Notes under the pieces: model-generated
The model's database searches: none
What the model saw: the letters and a program-made list of their open reading frames with translations, nothing else
Told to the model about the DNA's origin: nothing
Shown: positions 9,532 to 19,554 of the stretch, piece after piece
How the letters are laid out: every line of letters begins with the position of its first letter
Position numbering within the stretch: position 1 is the first letter of the stretch
NCBI GenBank assembly: GCA_020341815.1
Contig: CP070837.1
Span: 892,064-956,063, forward strand
DNA length: 64,000 bases
Direction: 5' to 3'
Source: Candidatus Omnitrophota bacterium
GTDB taxonomy: Bacteria; Omnitrophota; Gorgyraeia; JAFGHF01
Translations under genes and position numbers: made by a program

Positions 9532-9582
9532 AATAAAAAGCCACTAAGGGCTCGCCTTTTTCCTCCGCCTAGTGGTTTTTTA
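9532..9582 (-). terminator. Terminator-like hairpin inside the 5' leader of the LptC-like/giant-protein operon (candidate attenuator)
   Basis: AAAAAGCCACTAaGGGC...GCCtAGTGGTTTTTT. There is a U-run on the minus-sense side, and the hairpin sits 20-70 nt upstream of the start codon and downstream of the predicted promoter. Confidence 0.35.
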
Positions 9583-9651
9583 TAAAAGTATGAATAAAGA
9601 CTATCTTGTAGGTCAAGACTTATGCAACTACTTTATAAAGTAATAAAGTAT

Positions 9652-9680
9652 AATATAGCAAAATGCAGGACATCTGTCAA
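9652..9680 (-). promoter_or_regulatory. Sigma70-like promoter (TTGACA, 17 nt spacer, TATATT) for the LptC-like/giant-protein operon
   Basis: Minus-strand TTGACA at 9680-9675 and TATATT at 9657-9652, with exactly 17 nt between them. Confidence 0.5.
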
Positions 9681-9775
9681 GAAAAATTATGAAACAATTT
9701 TTCGCAGACCTCGTGGCGAAGCTTTACGGGTCAAGGATTTTTTTTGACCGTAGAAATGTCCATCGAAAGGCAGTT

Positions 9776-10138
9776 TTAGATGCTTTTTTGGCGGTAATAG
9801 GAATAGACCCGGCCTACATCAAGGGGGTCAATGGTAATGAATTTTATACCAGTTTCATGCAAATTAATGCTTTGACCGGCTCTTTCGATTATTCCATAAG
9901 GCTTGGTCCAGACAACCTCACCCACGCCTCTAATGGCCCTCTGGGGATTGTCCGGAACGGTTATCTCCACTTCCAGTATTGTGCCTGCCTGGAGCTTCTC
10001 GGTTAAACAAACCCCCATTCCCCCGCCTCCGATATTCTGGGGCAGGGTTTCGATCTTTTCTCTATCCCGGCCCTGCACAGCATAGCGCACATTGGCAATA
10101 CCACCAAGCCGATGAAAGACTCTTCTATCTTTAGACAT
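9776..10138 (-). CDS. PilZ-domain protein (c-di-GMP receptor)
   Basis: RRVFHR (RxxxR) and NIGGGGMGV (D/NxSxGG-type) motifs. Confidence 0.8.
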   Translation of the reverse strand: MSKDRRVFHRLGGIANVRYAVQGRDREKIETLPQNIGGGGMGVCLTEKLQAGTILEVEITVPDNPQRAIRGVGEVVWTKPYGIIERAGQSINLHETGIKFITIDPLDVGRVYSYYRQKSI

Positions 10139-10150
10139 AATAACACCTCA

Positions 10151-10495
10151 TTATCTGGTATGGTAAAACTTTACCAGATGGCTGCCTTCAAAAAAAAGAT
10201 GCTGGGTTTCTGCAAGATAATCTACATTTATAGGCAAATTGGGGTAACGACCGTGATAAATCCATTCTTCCTGCACCATGCCCTGGGCATCGCTCTTGAC
10301 TACATTAACTATATCGGGGTCGCCCCACAAGGAGCGCACCTTCTCCTTGGTCATTCCTGTACGTAACGGACTTTCTCCTAATGGCTGGCGCATTATATCT
10401 TCGGGCGTAGGCGGGCTAATTTCGCTGCAGCCGGCAGAAAACAGCGCAAGAGCTAATCCTAAAAAGATTACGAGTTTATTCAGACTAAACCCCAT
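10151..10495 (-). CDS. bamE: BamE/SmpA-OmlA-like outer-membrane lipoprotein
   Basis: Lipobox FSAGC, then a GMTKEKVRSLWGDP motif typical of BamE. Confidence 0.55.
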   Translation of the reverse strand: MGFSLNKLVIFLGLALALFSAGCSEISPPTPEDIMRQPLGESPLRTGMTKEKVRSLWGDPDIVNVVKSDAQGMVQEEWIYHGRYPNLPINVDYLAETQHLFFEGSHLVKFYHTR

Positions 10496-10988
10496 TACCG
10501 CGCTCCCTCCTCTGGTTAATAAAACTGCCTAAGACAGCCTCATCTTGCGGCTCTACTTTAGTAAACTTAATTCCTGCGTTAAATAATTTTTTATCATTTC
10601 CTTCTGCACCAGGATTACCTGAGGCCTCTTTTATCCAGACTATCTCTCCTTGAGCAATGATAGTCTTCTCATTCTGCGGCAGGTTAAACTGAAGTTCCAG
10701 AAGCGTTCCGGGAAACAGCTTCTCAGTCAACCCTATACCTATGCCCCCTAAGCTAATATCCCGGCTTACAGCATCTCGCTTTTTAGCCGCATCATTGGAT
10801 AGAACTTCATAATGAACTTCAATCTCAGCGCTTACACGGGGAGTCTTCCTTCTCTCGGCTCCTTTATCCCAGACACCGTTCAGCGTTGCGCTCTTTTTAG
10901 CCAGCTTTCTTTTTCTGCGGTCGTCCTGATAAACTGCAATTAATATAAGGATTAAAAATACAATTAACCCTACCTGAACTATAATCAT
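10485..10988 (-). CDS. Membrane-anchored PilZ-domain protein
   Basis: N-terminal TM helix. RRKTPR and DISLGGIGIG motifs. Confidence 0.75.
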   Translation of the reverse strand: MIIVQVGLIVFLILILIAVYQDDRRKRKLAKKSATLNGVWDKGAERRKTPRVSAEIEVHYEVLSNDAAKKRDAVSRDISLGGIGIGLTEKLFPGTLLELQFNLPQNEKTIIAQGEIVWIKEASGNPGAEGNDKKLFNAGIKFTKVEPQDEAVLGSFINQRRERGNGV

Positions 10989-10992
10989 ATCT

Positions 10993-11442
10993 TTACTTTT
11001 CTTTGTTTAGGCGTGCAGAGACAATCTGGCTGACCAGCTTTCCATCGGCCTGCCCTTTAAAATGCGCCATGGCTGTTTTCATTACCTTACCGAAATCCGA
11101 TTTATCTTTTGCCCCTGTCTCGGCAATTACTTTATCCACCACTTTGGTAATTTCTTCGGATGAGAGCTGTTCGGGCAGATATTTTTTCAGGATTTGGAGC
11201 TCTTTGGTTTCTTTTTCTACTAGCTCCTGCCTGTTTCCCTTTTTGAATTGCTCGATGGAATCCTGATGCTGCTGCACCTGCTTGGAAATAATCTTAACAA
11301 CCTCTGCCTCCTGGAGCTTCTCGCCCTTCTTCTCAATCTGCTTATTATGGATAGCGGCCTTAAGCATCCGAAGAGTAGAGATAGCAATTGTATCTTTTCT
11401 CTTCAGGGCCTCTTTAAAATCACTTTCTATTTTCTCTATCAT
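10993..11442 (-). CDS. yqeY: GatB/YqeY-domain protein
   Basis: Full-length similarity to YqeY (ALKRKD..ISTLRML..AIHN...KE.EILKKYLP). Confidence 0.8.
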   Translation of the reverse strand: MIEKIESDFKEALKRKDTIAISTLRMLKAAIHNKQIEKKGEKLQEAEVVKIISKQVQQHQDSIEQFKKGNRQELVEKETKELQILKKYLPEQLSSEEITKVVDKVIAETGAKDKSDFGKVMKTAMAHFKGQADGKLVSQIVSARLNKEK

Positions 11443-11448
11443 CTTTGT

Positions 11449-11802
11449 TTAAATGTTTAAGTTTTTTAACTGGCTGTACATAAGATTGCATAAATATTGA
11501 AGAAAATCCTGCTTGGCTTCTTCGGAGATATGAATAAATTCTAAGCCCACGACACAACTATCCTTTCCCTCTCCGCACCAAACAACCTTGGCCTTAATTG
11601 CAACCGCATCAGATCTTGTGGGTATCTTAACATTAATATTTAAGAGGCTGCCTTTAGGTATCTCCTCTTTAACGGGGAAACTTACACCATCCGGGCTGAT
11701 ATCTTTAGTAGTGCTCTTCTGAGGCAAGGCCTCTTTCCCCTCAACAGTATAACTGACTTCTAAAGGAGTGGTCATGCGCACATATTTTCTTCTTTCTCGC
11801 AT
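11449..11802 (-). CDS. PilZ-domain protein
   Basis: RRKYVR and DISPDGVSF motifs. Confidence 0.75.
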   Translation of the reverse strand: MRERRKYVRMTTPLEVSYTVEGKEALPQKSTTKDISPDGVSFPVKEEIPKGSLLNINVKIPTRSDAVAIKAKVVWCGEGKDSCVVGLEFIHISEEAKQDFLQYLCNLMYSQLKNLNI

Positions 11803-11866
11803 TTTATTATCCTTTAGTTAAATATATTACAAAATAAATCCGAAAATCGCAAGATAAATCTTTATT

Positions 11867-12616
11867 TTAAAGAGAAAATTTCATCAAATCACTCGCGACA
11901 ACAATCTCGCCCTTAAAGGCTTTTTTGGCCTGTCTGGTTATTGCATTTGCCTCACAAACCGGATAAAGATGGGAAAGCACAAGTTTTTTACAGTTTGCTG
12001 CTTGAGCAATCTCTGCGGCCTCATAAGGCGTCAGGTGCCCTTTTACTTTCATCTCATCGGGAAAGGAGCAGTCCAAAATCAAGATATCGGCATCGCGCCC
12101 CAGCTTGACTATATTTTCGCACACATCTGTGTCACCGGAATAGACCGCTATTTTTTTACCCGACTCTATTCGGTATCCCAGGCTCTCAAGGCTATGTTGC
12201 ATCTGCGAAGTATATATCTTGTATCCGTCACCTTCAAAGAACGGCTCTTTTATTTCTCTTAAGTTAAGCTTATAAGCCTCAGGGCTTATAACATCCCCAT
12301 AAATATTCAATAATCCGTTGTAAAACTCCTGCAAGCCGCTAGGGCCAGCTAAAAGCAGTTCCTTTGTACGCAAAGATAAGGCATATTTTGCGGCGAATAA
12401 AAAAGTTGCCAGATCCAGCGTGTGGTCGGTGTGAAAATGCGTGTAAAAGATGCAATCCACATCATGATAAGTGACACCCGCCTTTAGCAGGTTCTTAATT
12501 GTTCCGGGACCCGTATCAAAAACTAAAGTCTTATTTTCTATTTTTATCAGCAAACCGGAGGCATTTCTTTTTAACGAAGGAACTCCGGTGCCTGAGCCCA
12601 GAATTGTTATTTCCAA
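11867..12616 (-). CDS. MBL-fold metallo-hydrolase (RNase Z-like)
   Basis: HFHTDH motif and an ILGSGTG..P N-terminus. Confidence 0.7.
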   Translation of the reverse strand: MEITILGSGTGVPSLKRNASGLLIKIENKTLVFDTGPGTIKNLLKAGVTYHDVDCIFYTHFHTDHTLDLATFLFAAKYALSLRTKELLLAGPSGLQEFYNGLLNIYGDVISPEAYKLNLREIKEPFFEGDGYKIYTSQMQHSLESLGYRIESGKKIAVYSGDTDVCENIVKLGRDADILILDCSFPDEMKVKGHLTPYEAAEIAQAANCKKLVLSHLYPVCEANAITRQAKKAFKGEIVVASDLMKFSL

Positions 12617-12619
12617 ATC

Positions 12620-13282
12620 TTAAACTTCCTTATCTATTTCCAAAGGACAAGTACTGCACAGCGGCTTTTTGCGGCAGAACGCTTTAGCCAGGCGCACAAT
12701 CAAGGCATGGTATTCATTGAACAGGCGCAAACTGCGAGGTAGATTTCTTTCGAATAAAGCTTGTATCTGAGCGTAAGTTGCCTGGTGCTTAATTAATTTA
12801 TGACGCGTGAGAAATCTTCTGGTGTAGGCATCTACAACGAAGACCGGCTTATCGGCCGCATACAATAAAATACTATCTGCAGTTTCAGGGCCAATTCCCT
12901 TAATCCCGAGTAATTTCTCTCTTAAAAGCGCCGGCTCCAAAGAAAACATCCGGGATAAGCTGCCCTTAAAGTCGGTAAATAAGGTTTCTAAGAAGCTTTT
13001 GATTCTGGCGGTTTTTATATTGTAATATCCGCAAGGCCTGATAGCTTCAGCTATCCTCTTTACATCGGTATGATATAACTTTTCGGGGCTGAGGAATCTT
13101 TTTTTCTTTAACTGAGAAATTGCCTTTTCTACATTTCCCCAGTTGGTATTTTGCGTAAGAATTGCACCCAGCACTACCTCAAAAGCGCTGTCTGCCGGCC
13201 ACCAATGCTGAGGACCAAAATGCGAATAAAGCTTCTTGTAAGCACCTTTTAAATATCCAGTAATATACTTATCGCGCTGCAT
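12620..13282 (-). CDS. Endonuclease III-like HhH-GPD family DNA glycosylase-related protein
   Basis: GIGPETADSILLYA HhH-GPD motif and a C-terminal Cys cluster. Confidence 0.7.
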   Translation of the reverse strand: MQRDKYITGYLKGAYKKLYSHFGPQHWWPADSAFEVVLGAILTQNTNWGNVEKAISQLKKKRFLSPEKLYHTDVKRIAEAIRPCGYYNIKTARIKSFLETLFTDFKGSLSRMFSLEPALLREKLLGIKGIGPETADSILLYAADKPVFVVDAYTRRFLTRHKLIKHQATYAQIQALFERNLPRSLRLFNEYHALIVRLAKAFCRKKPLCSTCPLEIDKEV

Positions 13283-13292
13283 CGTGCCTAAC

Positions 13293-13700
13293 TCAGGTCT
13301 CTTCCGGTGCCCCTATTTGATTAAGGAGTTCTTCCGTTGTGAAAATGGGGCATTTGGCTCTTAAGGCCAGGGCAATACTGTCACTGGGCCGGGCATCGAT
13401 GACAATCCCCTTGCCATTGTTGCCGTTCAAAACTAATTTGGCGTAAAATGTATTTTTCTGGAGCTTATCTATAATTACCTCTTTTAAACTTGCCCCCAAT
13501 CGCTCGATTGTGTTTTTGAGTAAGTCATGGGTCATCGGGCGCGGTGTGCGGATTCCGCTAATCTTGAGCTTGATGGCGGAGGCCTCAGGGATGCCAATGA
13601 TTATAGGCAGCGTGCGTTTGCCCTTCTTTTCCTTCAAGACCACCATCTGCTCCCCCCTTCTCTCGTTCATCAATATCCTGATTAATTCCATCTCTACCAT
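13293..13700 (-). CDS. Bifunctional nuclease family protein (DUF151)
   Basis: LPIIIGIPEASAI...ARPSDSIALALR signature. Confidence 0.8.
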   Translation of the reverse strand: MVEMELIRILMNERRGEQMVVLKEKKGKRTLPIIIGIPEASAIKLKISGIRTPRPMTHDLLKNTIERLGASLKEVIIDKLQKNTFYAKLVLNGNNGKGIVIDARPSDSIALALRAKCPIFTTEELLNQIGAPEET

Positions 13701-13701
13701 C

Positions 13702-14097
13702 TTAGCATTCCTGCGCTTCCTTATTATTAAAATTAGGGGATTGAAGTATGCATTGCTTAATCTTTTCTTTGTCTTTTTTGGATAAATCGGTAAAGAAAAT
13801 GGCTATATTCTGATAGGCGGTGTCTGCCTCTTTCATAATTACGGGTTCGGACCTTACCACCACTCCGTTGCATTTAACTTTTTCGGTGTTAAGCTTATTT
13901 CTGCGATAGATGGGAAGAAGCAAAATAAGGCTTATTTTGGACATCAGGGGCAGGGGTTTGTCTATGCGGCAATAGACTCCCGAACAGCTTATATTTCTGG
14001 TTTCGGTAATTACGTCTAAGCCTTTTTTGGAAATCTTAAGCGGCAGGATAGTTTGTGTACGCTGATATTTCCTTCTCTCCAGTACTGCTCTAGACAT
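13702..14097 (-). CDS. PilZ-domain protein
   Basis: RRKYQR and NISCSGVYC motifs. Confidence 0.7.
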   Translation of the reverse strand: MSRAVLERRKYQRTQTILPLKISKKGLDVITETRNISCSGVYCRIDKPLPLMSKISLILLLPIYRRNKLNTEKVKCNGVVVRSEPVIMKEADTAYQNIAIFFTDLSKKDKEKIKQCILQSPNFNNKEAQEC

Positions 14098-14127
14098 CTT
14101 TTACCTCCGCGCTTTCCAGAGCTCTCT

Positions 14128-15234
14128 TCACAAGCTCTCTGCTAAATATTTTATCGAACAGACCATCTTCTCTGCCTCTTTATAGGCGGCGGAACTCTTT
14201 CTTATCTTGTAACCGGACATCTCTCCTTGGCTATCGTAAACGCCTCTTAAATGAATAATCAAGCGATTAGCGACCAAAGGGCTAGCTTTTGGCGAATTTC
14301 CTATCTCGACTCTATAATAAAGCTTATTTCTTGTAAAAGGCCCCCACTCCTGCCGAATCTGCTCAAACAGGGAAATATCTTTTTCTTTAAAGGCCTGCAA
14401 ATTATATTTTGCGGGGTCGGCGGAAGTAATAAAACATCCGTGTTTTTTAAACACATCTATAACGGTGGAATGTATAGCTCGTTTGGAGGCGTTGATATCA
14501 ACAATTATGCTTTCCGGCTCAACCCTAACAGCTGCCTCCAGAACTTCTCCGGCCTTCTCCAACATTGCGGAGGCCTCTCTATTTTTGGGATTCAGCTTCA
14601 ATATTTCCTGGAGTTTCTCGGCGGCCAGTTCATATTCCATTTCTTTAGAATATCTCCTGGCCTGGATAAGAAGTTTCTCCACTCTATCGCGCCGGGAGGC
14701 CTTCTCTACCTTATCGAGCAATTCAAGGGCCTCTCTATTGTCCGGATCCAGCCTCAAAACCTCACCAGCCTTTTTTGTAAGCTTTAGATAATCCTTATCC
14801 TTGAAATAATCCTGGGCCTCCTTAAGAAGCTCATCTACCCTATCATGCAGAAGTTCCTTTCTCTGTTCTCGGCCAAGCATGGTCTCTTTTATGAACGGCT
14901 TTACTATATCGCCGACTTTAATAGTCTTATTTTTATAAGTACATTCTATATCGGCTCCGGTAAACTTCTTACGCACTTTCGCTGCCTTAATTTCGGCGAC
15001 TTCTGCACCCTGGCGGTAGACCCTAAAGGAGGAATCCTGCTTGATGCCGTCGTTAGCCCCTAAATCGAATATGACAAAACCCATATTTTTATCGACATAT
15101 ACAACACGCCCCGAAGACCCTTGAGCAAAACCAGATGTGCTTATAAATACAAACACAGAAATTAGCATGACAGATCTTAATAATCTCTTCATTGGTCTAA
15201 TCTCTCCTTTTGTATTCTGTACCCACAACCTCAA
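14128..15234 (-). CDS. Secreted hypothetical protein with TPR-like/coiled-coil repeats
   Basis: Signal peptide. Repeated LRLDPDNREALELL / LKLNPKNREASAML units. Has a 4 nt overlap with the upstream CobA-like gene. Confidence 0.5.
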   Translation of the reverse strand: MRLWVQNTKGEIRPMKRLLRSVMLISVFVFISTSGFAQGSSGRVVYVDKNMGFVIFDLGANDGIKQDSSFRVYRQGAEVAEIKAAKVRKKFTGADIECTYKNKTIKVGDIVKPFIKETMLGREQRKELLHDRVDELLKEAQDYFKDKDYLKLTKKAGEVLRLDPDNREALELLDKVEKASRRDRVEKLLIQARRYSKEMEYELAAEKLQEILKLNPKNREASAMLEKAGEVLEAAVRVEPESIIVDINASKRAIHSTVIDVFKKHGCFITSADPAKYNLQAFKEKDISLFEQIRQEWGPFTRNKLYYRVEIGNSPKASPLVANRLIIHLRGVYDSQGEMSGYKIRKSSAAYKEAEKMVCSIKYLAESL

Positions 15235-15740
15235 TATTCTATTCCCGCCCGGGCAACAATACCACTTTTATAATAATGCTTTAACTCTTTAATATCACTT
15301 ACCAGGTCTGCAATTTCCAAAATCTCAGGATGAGCATCTCTTCCGGTGAGAACTATCTCCAGGCGCTGGGGCCTGTTTTTTAAGATCTTTTTGAGTTCTC
15401 CGAGTTTAAACAGACCGAAGTTAAGGGCGACATTGGCTTCATCTAAAATTACTAAATCGTATTTGTCGCTTTCTATGGCTTCCTGGCTGGCGGCTAATCC
15501 CTTTTGCGCAAGCTGTTTATCTTTTAAGGACACGCTCTCGCGGCAGATTCTTTCCCCGGAGCCTGCCTGCAATATCTTAATTTTACGAAAACGGCGAAGG
15601 GCTTTTATCTCGCCGAGGTCCTTCCCTTCCTTCATAAACTGAACCAGAAAAACTCGCCTTCCCTGCCCCAGGGCCCTTAAGGCAAGCCCTATGGCTGCGG
15701 TGGTTTTGCCCTTACCGTTACCGGTATAAACTTGTAACAT
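15231..15740 (-). CDS. Cob(I)yrinic acid a,c-diamide adenosyltransferase family protein (CobA/CobO/BtuR)
   Basis: VYTGNGKGKTTAA...VQF.KEG...LDEANVAL...TGR..HPEILE.ADLVS similarity across the whole length to BtuR. Confidence 0.8.
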   Translation of the reverse strand: MLQVYTGNGKGKTTAAIGLALRALGQGRRVFLVQFMKEGKDLGEIKALRRFRKIKILQAGSGERICRESVSLKDKQLAQKGLAASQEAIESDKYDLVILDEANVALNFGLFKLGELKKILKNRPQRLEIVLTGRDAHPEILEIADLVSDIKELKHYYKSGIVARAGIEY

Positions 15741-15775
15741 TGTCTTGGGGGTGTTTTTTTATTTTCATAGAAGTT

Positions 15776-15804
15776 ATCATACAAGATAACTATTTCTTTG
15801 TCAA
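15776..15804 (-). promoter_or_regulatory. Sigma70-like promoter (TTGACA, 17 nt spacer, TATGAT) immediately upstream of the CobA-like gene
   Basis: Read from the sequence on the minus strand. Confidence 0.4.
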
Positions 15805-15845
15805 TAAAAAACGGATAAACGCGAAATACTTGCGCTCATCCGTCT
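15805..15845 (-). terminator. Intrinsic terminator hairpin downstream of GEMM riboswitch 1 (likely expression platform)
   Basis: A 12 bp stem (including two G.U pairs) ACGGAUGAGCGC...GCGUUUAUCCGU followed by UUUUUU on the minus-sense strand. Confidence 0.5.
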
Positions 15846-15997
15846 AGTCAATAATGTATGATTCCCACGAGCCGATAAAGCTAGAGGCTTTATCTCACGC
15901 ACCTCCCATGCTCCGGCAGCCCAACTACCATCTCGGAGAATGCCTGTATGTTTATTTCGACAACCTTAAAGGGAGATGTTTTTTTGGCTCCCTTTTC

Positions 15998-16092
15998 TAC
16001 ACGGCGTCCTTTTCATCTACGGCATTTCTTCCGATTTAGGCTTGCGGCTTTGCGTCCCAGCCTTTCGACTGGTTTGCCTTTATCGGCTCTAT
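15998..16092 (-). ncRNA. c-di-GMP-I (GEMM) riboswitch aptamer, copy 1
   Basis: Minus-sense AAGGCAAACCAGUCGAAAGGCUGGGACGCAAAGCCGCAAGCCUAAAUCGG... This matches the GGCAAACC-P2(GNRA GAAA)-GGGACGCAAAGCC-GCCUAAA core of V. cholerae Vc2. Confidence 0.7.
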
Positions 16093-16097
16093 AACAA

Positions 16098-16125
16098 GTA
16101 TATCACAAAAATCTTCTATCGTCAA
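16098..16125 (-). promoter_or_regulatory. Sigma70-like promoter (TTGACG, 16 nt spacer, TATACT) driving the riboswitch 1 leader
   Basis: Lies a few nt upstream of the aptamer 5' end. Confidence 0.45.
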
Positions 16126-16133
16126 GAAAACCG

Positions 16134-17294
16134 CTACTTGCCCATCCCTACCCTTTGGACAACCTGAAAGATCTTGCCCTCGGTCTGAATAGAGGGGGCA
16201 ATGATAATCTCGCTACGGTGCATCTCCTTGATATCTTTGGCCCCTATGCTGCCCATGGAGGTCTGCAGGGCCCCCATCAAGTTCTGCGAACCGTCGTCAA
16301 CCCGTGCCGGCCCAAAGAGTATCTCTTCCAGGCTACCGGCCACCCCCACCTTTATCCGTGTTCCTCGAGGGAGATTAAAATGCGGTGTAGCCATACCCCA
16401 GTGATACCCCCTGCCGGGCGCTTCATAAGTACGGGCAAAGGCCGAACCCACCATTACCGCATCTGCCCCGCAGGCAAAGGCCTTACAGATGTCTCCGCCT
16501 GTACGCATGCCTCCATCGGTAATAATGGGAACATATCTCTTGCTCTTTTTATAATAATCATCCCGGGCAGATGCTGCATCGCAAGTTGCCGTAACCTGAG
16601 GCACGCCAATGCCTAAGACACCCCTGGTCGTGCAGGCCGCCCCCGGGCCTATGCCTACCAGTATAGCACTGGCCCCTGTCTTGGCTAACTCCATGGTCAT
16701 CTCGTAAGTGACGCAGTTGCCTACAATTACGGGCATCTTGGTTTCAGTGCAGAACTTATGCAGATCTAAGGCCTTGTATTCATTGGAGATATGCTTTACG
16801 CTGCAGACAGTAGATTGCACTATGAATATATCGCAGCCTGCTTCCTGGGCAATAGAGGCAAACCTGGCGGCTTTTTGGGGTATGGCACTGACTACTGCCG
16901 GAACCCCGGCCTTTTTCACCTCTTCTATTCTCCTGGAAATAAGCTCTTCTTTTATCGGCTCAACATAAATGCTTTGGACAAGTTTCGTGGCTTCTTCAGG
17001 TTGAGCCTTGGCAATCTTGTCTAAAACCTCATTAGGGTTGTCATACCTGGTCTGCACCCCCTCTAAGTTTAAGACCGCTATACCCCCCAGCTTTCCCATC
17101 TTAATGGCAAAGGCCACATCCACTACCCCATCCATAGCCGCCGCCATAATCGGCACACTGAACTGGCGCTCGGCGATCTTCCATGTAGTATCTACCTCGC
17201 TAGGATTTATGGTCACGGAGCCGGGAACCAAGGCAACTTCATCAAATCCGTAACACCGTCGGGCTTTTCTACCCCTGCCTATAAATAATCCCAT
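16134..17294 (-). CDS. IMP dehydrogenase-family protein lacking a CBS pair (GuaB-related)
   Basis: GIGPGAACTTR catalytic-loop motif and a TIM-barrel IMPDH fold signature. 386 aa. Confidence 0.8.
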   Translation of the reverse strand: MGLFIGRGRKARRCYGFDEVALVPGSVTINPSEVDTTWKIAERQFSVPIMAAAMDGVVDVAFAIKMGKLGGIAVLNLEGVQTRYDNPNEVLDKIAKAQPEEATKLVQSIYVEPIKEELISRRIEEVKKAGVPAVVSAIPQKAARFASIAQEAGCDIFIVQSTVCSVKHISNEYKALDLHKFCTETKMPVIVGNCVTYEMTMELAKTGASAILVGIGPGAACTTRGVLGIGVPQVTATCDAASARDDYYKKSKRYVPIITDGGMRTGGDICKAFACGADAVMVGSAFARTYEAPGRGYHWGMATPHFNLPRGTRIKVGVAGSLEEILFGPARVDDGSQNLMGALQTSMGSIGAKDIKEMHRSEIIIAPSIQTEGKIFQVVQRVGMGK

Positions 17295-17366
17295 TTTTTA
17301 CCTCCATCTCATGTGAAAAATAATTATACAACTTTAACTATATTTTGTAAAGCAAAATTTCGGAGT

Positions 17367-17410
17367 AAAAAAATAAGGCCTCTTGCAGTTTAAGCCGCAA
17401 GAGGCCTTAT
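17367..17410 (-). terminator. Rho-independent terminator of groEL
   Basis: Perfect 12 bp stem AAGGCCTCTTGC/GCAAGAGGCCTT followed by a T-run on the minus strand. Confidence 0.7.
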
Positions 17411-17445
17411 ACTATGAACTATGAACTACGAACAATGAACTTATC

Positions 17446-19107
<1,662 letters not shown>

Positions 19108-19401
19108 TTACTTTATAACTGCCAGGATGTCTTCTTCTTTGACAATCAAATATTCATCGCCCTCTTTAGTAACTACCTCAGTGCCGCTATATTTGGCAAA
19201 GAGGACTTTATCGCCTACCTTTACTTCCAGGGGCTTTATTGCGCCGCCTTCAGAAGCCTTACCTTTACCCACAGCTACCACTTCACCCTCCTGGGGCTTT
19301 TCTTTGGCTGTGTCAGGCAATACTATTCCGCCTTTTGTCTTGGATTCTGCTTCTAGTACCTTAAGTAAAACACGATCTCCTAATGGTTGAATTCCTGCCA
19401 T
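19108..19401 (-). CDS. groES: Co-chaperonin GroES
   Basis: Canonical GroES sequence. Confidence 0.95.
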   Translation of the reverse strand: MAGIQPLGDRVLLKVLEAESKTKGGIVLPDTAKEKPQEGEVVAVGKGKASEGGAIKPLEVKVGDKVLFAKYSGTEVVTKEGDEYLIVKEEDILAVIK

Positions 19402-19435
19402 TTACTTACCTCCTTCTACTTTATTTATTTTATCT

Positions 19436-19462
19436 TTAGCACTCTCAAGGTATGAGTGCTAA
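19436..19462. promoter_or_regulatory. CIRCE operator (HrcA binding site) upstream of groES
   Basis: Perfect TTAGCACTC-N9-GAGTGCTAA. Confidence 0.9.
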
Positions 19463-19554
19463 TTTTAACCGATTACCTGCAAAAAAGCAAGTCTTATTTT
19501 GGAATATTATAGACAATTATAGGCCAAAATAGGCAATTATCAGGAAAAATTGGC

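Noticed and set aside
9689-10006. Plus-strand 105 aa ORF, and many other plus-strand ORFs across 3-64 kb (e.g. 14251-14787, 16155-16616, 17672-18016, 24375-24857, 44298-44843, 50853-51245)
   Set aside because: They lie antisense within well-supported minus-strand genes (PilZ, GroEL, Mfd, PilC and others), have no RBS or family similarity, and show the amino-acid bias typical of antisense frames.
15741-16133. Cobalamin riboswitch upstream of the CobA/BtuR-like gene
   Set aside because: No B12-box-like sequence. The conserved core matches GEMM-I (GGCAAACC...GGGACGCAAAGCC) instead.
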